From Larinioides sclopetarius (Eukaryota), in NCBI GenBank assembly GCA_964023285.1, contig CAXIEN010000102.1, forward strand, positions 2,935,528 through 2,999,527: DNA of 64,000 nt, read 5' to 3'. Under the pieces are notes generated by a model that was not told the origin of the DNA, did no database searches, and worked only from the letters and a program-made list of their open reading frames with translations. Of the stretch, positions 50,366 to 64,000 are shown in pieces. Numbering within the stretch: the first letter of the stretch is position 1; each line of letters opens with the position of its first letter. The position numbers and the translations under genes were made by a program.

Positions 50366-52829
50366 TAAAAATATGCCTAGGGAGAACACTGGTGGTCATA
50401 GCATGTTTTTTATTGGTTGATTATTTTGCATTTTAATATATGGCTGCTGAAATCAGTCTTTGCAAAAAATTACCTAAGCAATAAAAAATATAGTTTTCTT
50501 TCAAAAATGTACGAGATTTTGATTATATTTACTGCACATCACAAAAAAACATAGTAAAGAAATAAAAACAAGACAAAAAAATCCAACTTAATTAAACAAG
50601 TGGCAAATACAGATATTAACTGTTATCTTTACAGAACATCCCTTTCTTCAGTTGCAAATCCAGGATTTTAGTTGTAAAGGGGTGTATCAAATTTTTTTTT
50701 GTCCCGATATCTTATACATCACAAAGAACAGCATATTTCCAATAATTCAACAATAAATGTTTTCAACCTCATCAACACTAGAAGTACTAATTTAATAACT
50801 ACAAAAGGAGAATTGTCAAAAAAAAGTAATAAAACCAAATTGAGAAGATCAATTAGATGAAGTGATTTTTTTAATATTAAATCAAGGAATTATGGTTCTT
50901 AGCTTTAGAGTGAGGAGAATAACTCCATAGCATTCCTAGATTCACCAATGCTTTTTTCCCTATTCTAAAACATGGTCATATCCTATGCAAATCCTTGTTC
51001 TAAGTCAATTTATTACATTCCAAAATAGAGAGCATAGTTACAAATTTTAAAGAAAGGAATTATGTAAAGAAATGTGGCAGTTAATGCACTTCACTCCCTA
51101 AGATTATAAGGTGCATAATTATTCTAAAGTGGGTATAAAGGTTTTATTCATTGATTCAGAAGACAAAATGTAACTTAATTGATTTAATTCCTAAAAATTA
51201 TTTTGCAGTTTTCATAAATATTAAAATCTATCCAGAATGTCAAAGTAATGAATAATTATAAGAATGTCTTTTCATAATAATAATAACTGTAAAATATAAA
51301 ACTGCAAAAACCCAAATATTCAAGACAACTTTTCCTATCTCAAATAAGCTTATTCTTTCTAGGTGTATAACCCCTGTAACAGAATGATCCTTTTTTAAAG
51401 AATTGTTTATAAATAATTGATTAGAGTTATGTATGTGCTTGTTTTATTTTAATACATCATTAAAACTTACTTGTTAACATCCATAAACTAAATGACAACT
51501 TTATTAATTTCCTACAAATGATTGGAGAAAATAACTTGCAGCTTATCAGTGTGTAATTTCACGAGTTTTCCATGCAATTTAAACTGATAACTTTTAAGAA
51601 GGACAGTATTTTCTTATCTCCGTAAAAGCACTTTCATAATTCTTATCTATTTCATTTTAAGAATTATCATTTCTGAACATGACAGCAACAAGTAATGGAA
51701 TAACATCTGCAACTATTAAATAGAGGGCAGTTTTAAAAATATTTTTTTCTTTATCTTCTTTTGCAACTTCTAATGAAATAGAGGATTATTAGCAATAGTT
51801 ATAACATATGAAGAGGCAATTAATAATTGTAAAAACAAATAAAAATTGAAACCCTAAGTAAAGATTAATAGTTCATGTCTGGGATTCTGAATATTTTTAT
51901 TTATTAAACTGATGAGAAATGGCAAAAAAGTTGCAATGCTACTTTTCTATAAAATAAAACTATCATTATAACATAATAATCTTGTTGTTCATTAGTTTAT
52001 GCATATACATAATGCAACCATTTATTCCTCCCATCCTCAAAACAAAACATCTAAACTAAATTTTAGGTAAGGTTAGGGATATTAAAAAAAGCGAAAACAT
52101 ATGAAAAACTCGGCTTGACAAATTCTGGAAAGAAGAAGAGAGTATAACATTGACATTTATCACCTTTTCATTGATTTTTAAACCTGCATATGATTGCCTA
52201 AACAGAGAAAAATATTCAAAGCAATGGCGGAATTTAACATAAGAAACTGATTTCATTTTAAGGTGGAAGTAAGCATTATAAAGTTAAGTATTTATTAACC
52301 TCTTAACTGTGGGTGTTAACTACATTCATAAGAAAAGATCAAAATTTAAAGTAATGTTTTACTGGGTAGCAAGTAGAAGTGAAGAATTAACACATTTTAA
52401 AGGATATGGTTTAACATTCTGACATGGAGAAAAGACATTAAGGATAACAAAGAAGTTTTGGAAATTTTTTGGGTTTTAATAAATTTTCTAAAAAATAAAA
52501 TCTCATGTTTCTATATATAAAAATTATAATTTATTTGGATATGTGAAAACCGCATGGTCTTAATCCTTAGAACTGAAATATTCAAAGCACAATACAATAA
52601 AAATACATACAGATGTTAATGCTTAAATAAAATCAATAAAAAATAACCCAATTTGTTAAACTTGAATTTTCTTTATTTAAAAAATTGAGGAATAACCTAC
52701 AATTTGGCCAAATCACTATTTGTTAGAAGGTGCCATTACAGAAAAACAGTTATTTTTTAATAAAAAAAATAAGAATAAATACATAATTTTTGAGAGGCCT
52801 TACATTTCCTCAAAAACAATTTTTTTTTT

Positions 52830-53204
52830 GGAACAGCTGGGATATACGGCGCCCAAATCGACTTTTCAATGTAAACAAACATGGCGGCTTGGCGAGTTTT
52901 AATAGTTATTATAGATGGCGGTTATGTTTAGTTTCTTATGAAGAAAAGTTTTTAAAGTATACATTAAGTTTTACGCGTTCCGGGCAAATTTTTTTTAACT
53001 TAAAAAACATCGGAAGCTCCCTCGTAGCTTCGCTTTTAAATTAAATGTTAGACACCTAGTTTTTTTATTGCCTAGAAATGGAAAACTCAAGCTTTCAACC
53101 TTCAAAATGGCAGATTACGTTTTAAAAAGCGGGATAGACGCAAACGTGAAAATCAATCCAAATCTCGCCAAGTCGCTTTGGGCGCCATATATCCCAGCTG
53201 TACC
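52830..53204. mobile_element. Second copy of the same MITE family, in opposite orientation, flanked by T8 on both sides (an 8-bp target-site duplication).
   Basis: Termini GGAACAGCTGGGATATACGGCGCCCAA ... TTGGGCGCCATATATCCCAGCTGTACC. Internal similarity to 37422..37822 in reverse complement. Confidence 0.75.
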
Positions 53205-55249
53205 TTTTTTTTAAAAAACTATATAATAGTGTTAATTTCAAATAAGAATGACATTTTTTAAAAGTATTCGTCTAAGAACTGCACCTTGTATTTGTATTGT
53301 TTTGCTTGTAAAGAACTTATTCCTACAAAAAAAAGATAATAGAATATTACTTAAAGACAAGTCAAGAAACTAATAGAGATAACCAGGTGGCCCGAGGTAA
53401 TTTTACCGACCAGGCAAGACAATAATTTGGTGCCCGCTCACAATCAAAGTAATTTTTAAATTCTATACTGTCTATATTTTAAATGTTCAACAAAATTTTG
53501 GTTATAAATACTCATGTTTGTCTGCAAATATAATTCAATAATGTCATTTATAATCATAACTTTTAATTTAAAGGTATTTAAGAATATTAAGAAGACTTAC
53601 AGAAACTAAAATAATATATTTAAAAAATTTATTTTTTAAATATATGAATTTTAACAACTCTTAACATGGTCACTTTTCTTTCCTTTTATCAGCAGAATCT
53701 TTTATAATATTCTCAATATCAATGCTCTGCAGAAGGTCTAGTTCAACTAATATGCTTGCCAAATCAACTAGTCGTTCCTGCGACATGCTAGATCGCAGAT
53801 ATTTTCAAATCAGTTTCGGTTCCAAAAAAATTCTCTACAATAGTAAGTTACTGGTAGGGTAAAAAATCCATTTCGTTAATTTTATACGATACACATAATT
53901 TGCAATAATTTTCTATTATTTTTTGCTTAGATTCGAAGCCAAATCGGACAAAAACATTACTAGGTAGAAAAAAATATAAAATTTTTTTTAAAAATAGAGA
54001 CATACTTTTTACGCTTAGGAGCAAAATATAAACAATGCAAGTTTTTGGGATCCTTACCTGAAAATCCAATTCTATGTAGCTTAGCAGATTTAGATTTATT
54101 GCTTAATTAAAACTCTTTGAGCAATAAACAGTATGACTAACAGAAATAGGACATTTCTTTGTGGGTAATCTTAAAAAAGAAGTTTTAAATCTCGATTATA
54201 AAGAGAATTGAAATTTAAAAATAATTACAAATAAATGGTTAAAAAGTTATTAAACTATAAATATTCAGTAATAGTTTCCCAGGACTGTTGCCATGTGATC
54301 CTTCGATCTGCTAATAAATTAAAAAAACACTAGTAATTTTTTCAAGAAATAAAGTTCCAAATTCAAAACATAATGGATTTTAATTTGAGATTTTACAAGA
54401 AGTGTGTTTAGTCGGAGATAGAACACATAGTAAATTAAATGCAAGACCTGAACATTTTTTTCAAAGAATATTGGGGTCTCTCCAGACTTGCAGGTATCAT
54501 AGGCAGTTGTCTATATTGTTTATTTAATAATTCAACCCTGATCTTATACCTTTGTTATGGATGTGAAACTCTTATAATTTTTATAGCCATGTAAAACTTC
54601 TTTTTAAAATCGCAAACTTGTTAAGAAACAAAAAATTTAAATTTCTGTGAAATACTTTCAAATTTTACAAGATTTCTTCTTATACCTTACATTTTCTAAT
54701 GATTGGAAGAAATATAATGGGAATTAAATATAATAAATTTGACCTTTCCGAAAATAGTTTGAATATTACTATTTCAAGAGCAATGCTTATGTTGAAATGC
54801 AACAAACATTATGACCCTAAATACTATTTTCCGTATTTTCGGTGTGCATATATATTTCAAAATATCACTCCGTTTCTTAGAACTCGTTTAAAACAGGTTT
54901 TACTAAAATCTGAACATGAAAATTCTGGGACACGATAACCAACGAGAAGAAAGTACGTTTAGTATTGCACGATTTTTTACAAATACCTATAAAACAATAG
55001 ATAAAAAGCAAAATAAAATTAAGAATAGCTAACATAATTAAAAAACCACATACTTTTACAACTTTATTTTAATTTTTATGATTTTTCAAGAAATTTTAAC
55101 AGTGATTAAGTGGCAACTAAAAAGAATTTTACTATTACTGACTAATCAATCAGTTTAGAATAAATGTTTGGAAAAACACATAAAAAATATTTATTGACTA
55201 TATATATTTATGGCCTATTATAGAAAAAAAAATTAAAACGGAAGTCATT

Positions 55250-57140
55250 ACTTAAATCTTGGAACAGAGGTGGGCAATTCACGCAGTTCAAATCCACAAT
55301 ATTTGAATGTGATGATCAGAATATTTTGGTGTGAACGCTGCTTTAATTTACTAAACGAATATCTTTTAACCCCACAGAATCTTTTAAACTTATTTTGTCG
55401 ATTGCAGGTAACTACCGGCAACACCACAATCTTACCGGCGTGTGATGCAACAATGCATTAATGCAACGCCCGCCAGCAATCTTCAGTTTTTGTTTTGTTA
55501 TCATGACGTAACCATATGAACAGAATTCGGGAACTTGTGCTACAAACGCGTTCCTTAATTTTTTCAACCATATTTTTAGGGGGGGGGGAGAAAGGAATAT
55601 AATAAAATTATCTAAGCAACCAAAATTAAAATATTAACTATGAGAACTAAAGTATTATTCAATGCTGATCTAATAAAAAAATATCTAAACGCATCGCTAC
55701 AATTAGCGCTTGTTCAATCTTTATTCGCAAAATAAGTACTGAAACGTTCTAAAAGCGGTCCCAGAGCGTTCTAACCCGGCTGACAAATTCTTGCTTCTCA
55801 TTCTACTCCATCCCATTTATTTCTTTTGGAACAAAGCAGTGCCAGAACGCCGTTCCAGTGCGTATTGCATTCCATCTCCACTACATCTATACCGACCCTC
55901 ACTTAAGACTGTAGACGAGTTTCAATTTTGTTTATTTTGGATTTAGACCTACCTGTTCTTCTATGTTTTTCTTAGCTTGTTTCACTTAAAATGGCAAAAA
56001 AATAATTGCCTAATGGGAAGATTGTAATTCTCTATATCGTTTGGTTAATAATTTAATATCAAACTAGCTTTAAATGTCGGTAAAAAAAGAGTGATAACGA
56101 ACAGTTATGGCAGCTTCATCATAAAAATAGTGTTCTTATTTTAAGTAAGCATTCAGAACTACAATAGCAGGCACACCAAAATTAACATTATTAAACGATA
56201 CTGCTAGTGTAGATCTAGGCCTAAAACTAGTTTCACCTTTGGACCGACTTAAAGAACAAATTAACAGCCTTGCTAGGCATATACCTCAATTTTGAATTCT
56301 CCTCCATCCACCTTTACAGAAAAAAGAAAAATTAAGTTCTATTTAAATACCCCTCCTTTTCAATCGAAATCCTATTCTAACTCTCTCATCTACTGCCTTT
56401 TCCATGAATATAAATGTCGTTTTTAGAAATTCAAGGTAATTATCGCAACAGATGCTTCCATTATCTATCACATCAAAAAATTTCAATAACATTATTACTT
56501 AGGAAAGACGCGATTTGTACAGCCATCAAGGACCTACTATATAAACATCATCATTGTGTTTTACTTAGTGATAGTCTTTCATTTCTCAAGGCATTACAGT
56601 GTGCAAACATTCATTCCAAGAGTATATAATCCAAATAGTTATTGATAATCAATCTATCAAATTTGTTGGGACATCTGGTCACACAGGTATATTAGTGAAA
56701 ACGAATATGTAGATCATTTGACAGGCACAGCACCAAAAATCTTAGATATCAAAACCCTGAAAGTAATCAAAACAGAAGCTGAAATGGACTGGATGAATTC
56801 CAAATACTACCATGACTTCACTGACAATAGAGAAATTTCACCATTTAATCAAAAAATGTTCTTTTTCACTCTTTTGAAGAAAAACTTACCCCACAAAGCC
56901 AAACTGTTTAGATATTACCTCATATCCTCACTCTTATGCAATATTTACAGAGTTGTAGAAACCAGAGGATATTTACCTTTCCAATGTCAATGTTTCGAGC
57001 CTCAAAGAAATAGCTTTCATACAGCAATGGGCTGCTTGCCACTTTCTTTCACGTGGATTTTCAATTTTTCATTTCATTCTAAAAAGAAAATTTTTTCCAT
57101 TCACAAGTTTTTAGCCTTTTTGCATGATAATTATTAATGC
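55250..57140 (+). pseudogene. Non-LTR (LINE-like) retrotransposon 3' remnant: RNase H-like and C-terminal CCHC zinc-finger region, frame-disrupted.
   Basis: ORF 56414..56629 (AICTAIKDLLYKHHHCVLLSDSLSFLKALQ) and the following FVGTSGHTGILVKTNM resemble LINE RNase H (SDS..AL.. / W.PGH.GI.GNE). ORF 56718..57137 ends with CQCFEPQRNSFHTAMGCLPLSF, a CX1CX7HX4C finger typical of some non-LTR ORF2 C-termini. The 55250 start of the remnant is a guess. Confidence 0.45.
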
Positions 57141-58703
57141 TTTCCTTGTTCTTCTATTTTTGTCATTACAGTAGACAACTTATTGAATTTCAGGAGCTAA
57201 GGAGCGAACATAAAACAGACAGAGCTTCGTTCAATCAAACAATCATCTCTTCAATGTGAGTTTATTCCAATATTTCTCAGGGATAAATTGAGATAAAGAA
57301 GACAGGGCACAAGCATACATCTAGAAAATATCTATAACATCCCATATTTCTGCCTAACCAATCAAAACTTGTCTATATTTTTTATATCACTTTCATATGT
57401 TATATATGAAGTAGGAATCTCAAAATGAGATGCTAATATTAGGTGTAAAAACCAATTTCAAAAATAAAATTTCCTTTCTGGTTCTTAACACCTGTTCTCT
57501 ATTACAACTTATCTAAATTCATGAGTATAAATTTATTAAACTAACTGTTTGAAGTGACATGAGCTAAAAAAGGAAATTAACATGATTTTCAGTTCTATAT
57601 TCAAATAAAGGCGATGCAATCTGAACCAGTAATCTCTTCTCCAAACTTGTAAACCACATGAGAGGTCTTTGATTTTCACTATCAAATGATTAAATCAATC
57701 CATGAACCTGAAATCCTTCTTTTCAAAGCTAAGACCCTATCACCATAGCCTTACAATTTCCAGAGAAATATTTTACAAGCTATTATTTAGAATGTTGGCC
57801 CTTGTTGTTACAAAACTCATCCACCAACCCAAATCAATTCAAATGCTTACTTTCGAAATTGATTCGAGACAACAGCTTCAATAATTTCAAATCCTAATAT
57901 TATCAATCTACATTTGGAACATATTTTTGACTGAAAGAATGGCAAATAGGGGTCTCAAATTAAAATTATGTAGTAAGCCCCCCAAAATTACATGATTCTC
58001 AAGGTTAGCAAGTCAAATGAGCAGGGAGAATGCTATTCCCTAGGACATAGGTTGACTATACTTTCTAGTAGTTTAAGAATAATGTGGGTCAAATTTTACT
58101 GTATTTTCCAATACTAGCTCCTGGGTGACTAAGTTATTTGTGTCCTTTAGAAAGAACCAAGTGTGTAGGAAAAAAAGTTACAATAAATTAGATGAACTGG
58201 TTCATGCCAATCTTACGACACAACAAATGTATGCCCCACATTTATGACCGACAGTCATAAAGGAGAACAGAGAAAAAAAACCAAATCAATTGGTCAACAT
58301 TTGCTTGGAAATATTTTTTGATATACATCTAATTTTTTTAATATTTTGGATTGTGTTTCCTGTTTCATGATATAAAAAATAATTTATGAAAATCAGCAGA
58401 GGAGTTATTTAAAAAGTTTTCATAGATCTTAGGTTGCCGCCACTGGTATATATAATTATTAAGGAATGGTTAGACACTGTGCCAGAAGTATTTGCAAATT
58501 TTAAAAGATTCAATGGGGAATTAATTTTGGCCTTCCTTTTAAATCTTTTTTAAAAATCACTCCATAATATATCAGTATTATGCAAATGCTTTTGTTTATA
58601 CCCTATACAGTAATATAAAGTGTATCAAATTTTAAGCAGGTAAAATTATATGTGACAAATCCAGAATCATCGGGACTTACGCAATTCCAGATCTTAGATC
58701 ATC

Positions 58704-58992
58704 TCAATATTAAGAAGAATTTAACATCATAATTTAATTTCAATTTCAGAAAACATCTTGATTACTTATTTTCTTTGAATTATAATTAATATTATTCCTT
58801 ACTAATTTTAACACTTTTTGCAAAACATTTCATATAAAGTGATTTCAATATTAAGAAGAATTTAACATCATAAAGCATATAATTTAATTTCAATTTCAGA
58901 AAACATCTTGATTACTTATTTTATTTGAATTATAATTAATATTATTCCTTACTAATTTTAACCCTTTTTGCAAAACATTTCATAAAAAGTGA
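58704..58992. repeat. Tandem duplication, 2 units of ~141-149 bp.
   Basis: TCAATATTAAGAAGAATTTAACATCATAA..TTTAATTTCAATTTCAGAAAACATCTTGATTACTTATTTT.TTTGAATTATAATTAATATTATTCCTTACTAATTTTAAC.CTTTTTGCAAAACATTTCAT is repeated nearly exactly. Confidence 0.8.
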
Positions 58993-59448
58993 ATTGATTC
59001 ATTAGTTTAGGTTAAATAACTTTTTTTTATGCATTGCCAGTTTGTCCAACTCTGAAATAAAATCTCTTAGCTCAAGTCTTTTTATTGTAGTCTACAACAA
59101 CACTTCCACTATGCACTGATTTGTTAGATAAAAGTTAGGATTTTTTTTTTTCGGGGGAGGGGAATTGTGGAATGAAAAAGGTCCAGATTTGCAACAATCC
59201 ACTGTATTTTAAAATGACTAGTTGTGGTCATGTTTGAAATATGAAAATTTGTTTTAAAAAATCACAATTAGAAGGAAACAGATTAAAACCTTATTTTTAA
59301 GTTTACATTGAGAAGTAAAGAATTTTTCTTTGGTACTCACTCCCCAGTTTTATAAGTAATTCTTTCTTTTGATGTAGGACTATGTTCCTTCATTTTGGGT
59401 CTCATGAAGAAATTCAACTCATAAATTGCCTAAAATCTTGGTCACTAC

Positions 59449-59750
59449 ATATGTTAAAAGTATAATTAATGTCTTATTTTAAAGATAAAGAGTAACAATT
59501 AATGTTACAAAAAAATTTGAAATCCAAATAGTAGTTCAGTGACAATTGAGTTGTAAAAATGGATAAAAATCTGCATGAATGCTATTCGCTGTATATTGAT
59601 AAATACATATGTTAAAAACACAATTAATATCTTGCTTTAGAGATAAAAAATAACAATTTTTGTTACAAAGAAAATTTGAAAATCGGAGTATTAATTCAGC
59701 AAAAATGAGTTGCAAAGTTGAGCAAAAATGTGTATGAATTGTTGATGCAA
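59449..59750. repeat. Tandem duplication, 2 diverged units of ~158 bp.
   Basis: ATATGTTAAAA..ATAATTAAT.TCTT..TTTA.AGATAAA.A.TAACAATT..TGTTACAAA.AAA.TTTGAAA repeated at 59449 and 59607. Confidence 0.65.
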
Positions 59751-62700
59751 GTAAAGTAGTCTTACTCTCTTAACATCAGTGGCCACTTAAAAATGAGAAC
59801 ATCTTGTCTTTTTTTTTATTTTTAGTTTGGAATATTTCTCCATTTTTTTTTCTTAACATTAATAAGTCAATCAGCAATTATAGCAACATCGTGGATTTGA
59901 TAAAATATATGTTAAATTTGAAGCAGGTATTTTAAAATCAATCTTAGTCGTAATTTTTAAAAATGAAAAATTGTTAAAATCTGCATTCCTATCCTGGAGG
60001 ATAATTTTAGGGACTGATATTGGTTCCAAGTACCAATTGTGTACTTCCCTAGCATTTATTATCAGCAAAATACATCTTTACATTTATTATGTTAACTTCA
60101 GCATTGGTGGAATATTATTAAACAGTAAACTCTTGCTAAAATGACAAATCCTTTTGCAATAAGAAAATAATCTTATTTTCCCCTTGATATAACAATACTA
60201 CAATCTTTCAACAATTAGTATTATCTAAATTTTACAACACCCATATACACACAAAAAGAAAATAAATCTACTAATTATAAAGCAAAATATGTGAATTGGT
60301 CCTCTACGTGGCAGACTGTTGGACCAATATCTACATTATTTGACACATACAACTTGGAATGTGTATTTTGGAGCCCTTTTATTGAATTTTTAGTTAAAAA
60401 TTACCAAAATTAACTTTACACTATTTGAAAGTTGTAAAAAATTACCTTTAAAAATGGTACCAATTAAGTTGTTATTAAGGTATTCTCAAATTTAAAAAAA
60501 AAAAAATTTGGCCTAATTTACAACAATATCTTTCTTTGATGCAATGCAATTCAAACCATTTAAATGCTTATTTCTCTTTCACTGTTAGAACCTGAGATAA
60601 TAATCTAAATTTTTTTTGATTTAGTATTTTATTTCGTCGTAATTTTTATGAAATCTGCAAACCGAGTTATTCGAGATATGCTTTACTTACATTACCAAAC
60701 ATATCCTGTAAGCTCAATGGTTATGGCTACTATATTCTCATTCTCTTCTCAACATGTTTCAATCTAGCTAATATGTTGCTATCCATAAAATATGCTGTGT
60801 CATTTTAAAATTGAAATCAAATGCATATGAAAGTGGAGATAGCACCAAGTACATGGAAATAAGGGTTACATGGCATAGTCTCAGTTACTTTACTCCACTA
60901 GGAACATTTATGTAAACAAAGAAAAGAAGAGATCCAAGTTCACTTATAGAGGGCCCACGGCGCAAGCATATACACCTAAAAAACAACCATACCCATAATT
61001 AATCACTTCTAGAACATGGGTTAAATATCTACAACAATCTAAAGTTTAAAATGACACTATTAAGAGAACTATGAATATAAAATGGTTCAAATATGTGTTT
61101 ATATGTCAGTAATTAATCTTCTGCAACCAGTCTAATCTGTTAGATTTTTTTTTAGAATGTATAAGGTAAATAAAATTAATCAGAATCTGATTCATAGATT
61201 TTAATTCTGCAATGCATTCAGTCAAAAAATATCACTAACCTCTCCCTTTGACTATTCCACCCCACAAACATGTCAAGATATGAACATTTTCTCACTTAAA
61301 AATAAAATTCTATTATCTCTTGCTGTGACAAATCTAGGAAAGAAGGGTATAGGTCAAAAAAAACCCAAGAATTAAATCAGAATTCTTGATTTTCTTCAGA
61401 TTCACTACAACTGTTTTTTCTTAGTTTCACTGTTTAAAAAATAATTACAATATTGCTTTTGGTCTTGACATGTTTGGAAATTTTTCCCCTTTTCTAGTCA
61501 TTTTACTTGAAGCGTTGATGTGATTAAAGACATTTTTGGCTATTTATTTTATTGTATTTGTTATTAAATTTTCAAAAGTATTGCACTTTTTTTACGGTGC
61601 TTAGTGCCAGGTAAGAGGAGTCTGTAAAGTTAAAAAGTGTTTTGGTTTACATAAGCCAAAAGGTTCGACATTCATCATGGGAATACAACATTTTTTTATG
61701 ACCTCCTCCCCCCCTCCCCAAGACTGAAATCCTGGATTCACCACTGATCTCTTGTGACAAGTTAATTTTTTTAATGAACTGAATCTTAAAATAATACTTC
61801 AGATGCTGAAGACATCTGAAAAATGATTCATGATAGATAATTCTAAAAAGATTTCTAATGGGAATGACTGAAAAGTTTCACCTGATTACGCAAGAGACAG
61901 TCACCATTTCAAGAAACAAGACCAATGTTTTTTTCTTAAATTTTACTAAAATAAGAAAAAATCTGATAATGGAATCCAAACCAAAATCTGAATGACAGTT
62001 TTGACCAACTGGCAACAGAGTCCACTAGGTTAATTTTCCGAAGCATTTTGTTGCACTATCTTGCAATAAGGAGAGCAGTTTGTTAAAATGGTTGTTTAGT
62101 GTTTTGCATAATGATAAGTAGCAGAATTTTTTTTTCACTTTTCTTATATTCCAATTTCATAGTATCTAGGTTTAGACATATTTTTCAAAATTTTTTACCA
62201 ATTATTATTTGAAGTGATTTCTTGATTCACATGTTCTGTAATTTTTCATGTCTTCAGCATTATTTAAAAATGTTCATTGAATATTACTATTTTAATTAAC
62301 TGAAAAAGAGGATCATAAAACATTTTTATTAAGTATATTATGAGGACAAAATTTATAATAACAGAAAAGGTGCAAAGCATTTAGAGTAAAACAATATAAT
62401 ATTAAGAAGAAAAGGAAACATTTCTTCCGTCTACCATTAAAATTTTTGAGTTTAAAATTGAATATAACACGTGAGATTCATTGTTGAGTGATCAAACACA
62501 TAATTCCCCAAAATAAATTTTCAAATATTTTAACAAGATGGTGACAGAAACAAAATTTCATAAAATAAGACAATTTATATATATAGCAAGAAGGAGTCAA
62601 GAATGGGGACAAAAATGAAAGCAAAATGTCATAGAATTTACAATCAGCTATTCCTTATTCATTTAAGTTACTGTATATCAGCTGTAAAATGAAAATATTT

Positions 62701-63065
62701 ATTAAAAAATCTATAACATTTTATTAACAAAAATAATTGGCAGTTATGTTTGAAACATAAGAAAAATTAATGCTGCTTTTCAAGTGAAAATTCTATAATA
62801 ATTCTTAACACAGAGTTGTTATTCAAGCAGAAGAATGAAATTCTCTGATTTTTCAAAACACATCAATGAAAATCCCAATCAAGTGTATTAGTTGCAATAA
62901 ATTTTAAAATCAGATTATAACAGTTGAAAACATTGAATTTATCCAATTACAAAAAAATCTTAGTTTGATTATCTTAAGATCTGAACTGAAGTATTTTTAA
63001 ACCATTAAAAATTATAAAATTTTTGTACAGTCAGCTATTTTCCTTCTTTAACACTTTAACGTCAG

Positions 63066-63083
63066 GTGTGCCGAATTCGGCAC
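63066..63083. repeat. Perfect 18-bp palindrome TGTGCCGAATTCGGCACA.
   Basis: Self-complementary around a central EcoRI-like AATT. A related half-site TTTTCGGCACATTC lies ~60 bp downstream. Confidence 0.6.
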
Positions 63084-64000
63084 ATACCTCCAGAATCATT
63101 TTGCTTCAGTAGCTAAGTGAGTTTTTCCACAATAGCCTATTGTGACGTTTTCGGCACATTCATATTTGCCGGCAGTTCTGTAAGTGTTGCCACCAAGTGT
63201 GCCCCAATGTACTGAACTTGGTACATTTTTTATCAATTTTTCAAAAAAGTTTAAAAAATGGGTAGGTGTGCTTCCTATGGTCTCCCTTGATTGAGATTTG
63301 GAAGGAAAATTTTTTTCCCTTAGGTAAAAAAATTGTTGTCCATAAAGGGTTAACAATTCATAACAAAATTCTTTTGATTTTATTAAAATACACAAGAATA
63401 TGCAAGGTATATCATATTCATTTCAGGAATGATTCTTTTATGTAAAAATAGCTAAAATATTTGAAGTTTGTAATAGTGAAGGAAAAAAGAATAATCCTCT
63501 ACCATGTCTAAAAAATTATACATCAAAGTATATCTTTAATAATGCCAGTTCAAAATCTATCCTAAAATACAGAATGGTTTCCCAGATGAAAGCTATATTA
63601 ATGGAAATAAACATAAAAATACAAATGCAATGTTTAAATCTTAATTTATATTTAACATAATTTTAAAGAAATCTCTTTTTAGTGATTGTTCCAAAATTTT
63701 CCCCAACTTTTTTTTAGATTTTGCAATGAAACATGAAATTCCCTGATTTTTGAGGGCAATTTTTTAACCCTTCAATATTCTGAAGATTTCCAAGTAGTAT
63801 AGCAACCCTGCAAACACACTAATATAAAATCCAGAAAAAAAATTAATTAAAAAATTATTAATAAAGATTTGCTTTAGTAAGATTTTTTAATAAAGTCTTT
63901 CTGTCTGTTTTTGGCATGAATTATTTATATTTAGTTCCTGCAAACAAAAATAAACATCCAAAAGTCAGACATTTTCAGATTAATAACATTAAAAAAAATG

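Noticed and set aside
52720-53044. ORFs of 60 and 84 aa from the six-frame track.
   Set aside because: They lie inside the MITE copy at 52830..53204. The element is too short for a transposase, so these are chance ORFs in repeat sequence.

Overview
This is an AT-rich (~70% AT) eukaryotic, probably invertebrate metazoan, genomic window with long introns and many interspersed repeats. The one host gene I can support is a major vault protein (MVP) orthologue on the minus strand. It runs from a stop codon at 12391 to a start codon at 47481. I resolved 14 coding exons from the sequence (2619 nt, 872 aa) with GT-AG introns and one apparent GC-AG intron, and every junction is contiguous with the vertebrate MVP alignment. 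Intron 2 contains a near-complete LTR retrotransposon (41300..46196, plus strand, antisense to MVP) with domain order gag, zinc knuckle, protease, RT, RNase H, integrase. Its LTRs are ~98% identical, and the pol frame is interrupted by two in-frame stops and a few single-base frameshifts. Other content: two MITE-like families with terminal inverted repeats (one with perfect 8-bp target-site duplications, one forming an inverted pair around MVP exon 11); a repeat family carrying a variable-number ~160-bp minisatellite with a conserved GC-rich 20-mer; a LINE-like RNase H/zinc-finger remnant; a transposase-like remnant; several tandem duplications; and simple repeats. I found no tRNA or rRNA genes and no prokaryotic-type features. 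Coordinates of repeat edges are approximate. Exon boundaries were derived by manual translation and splice-site inspection.
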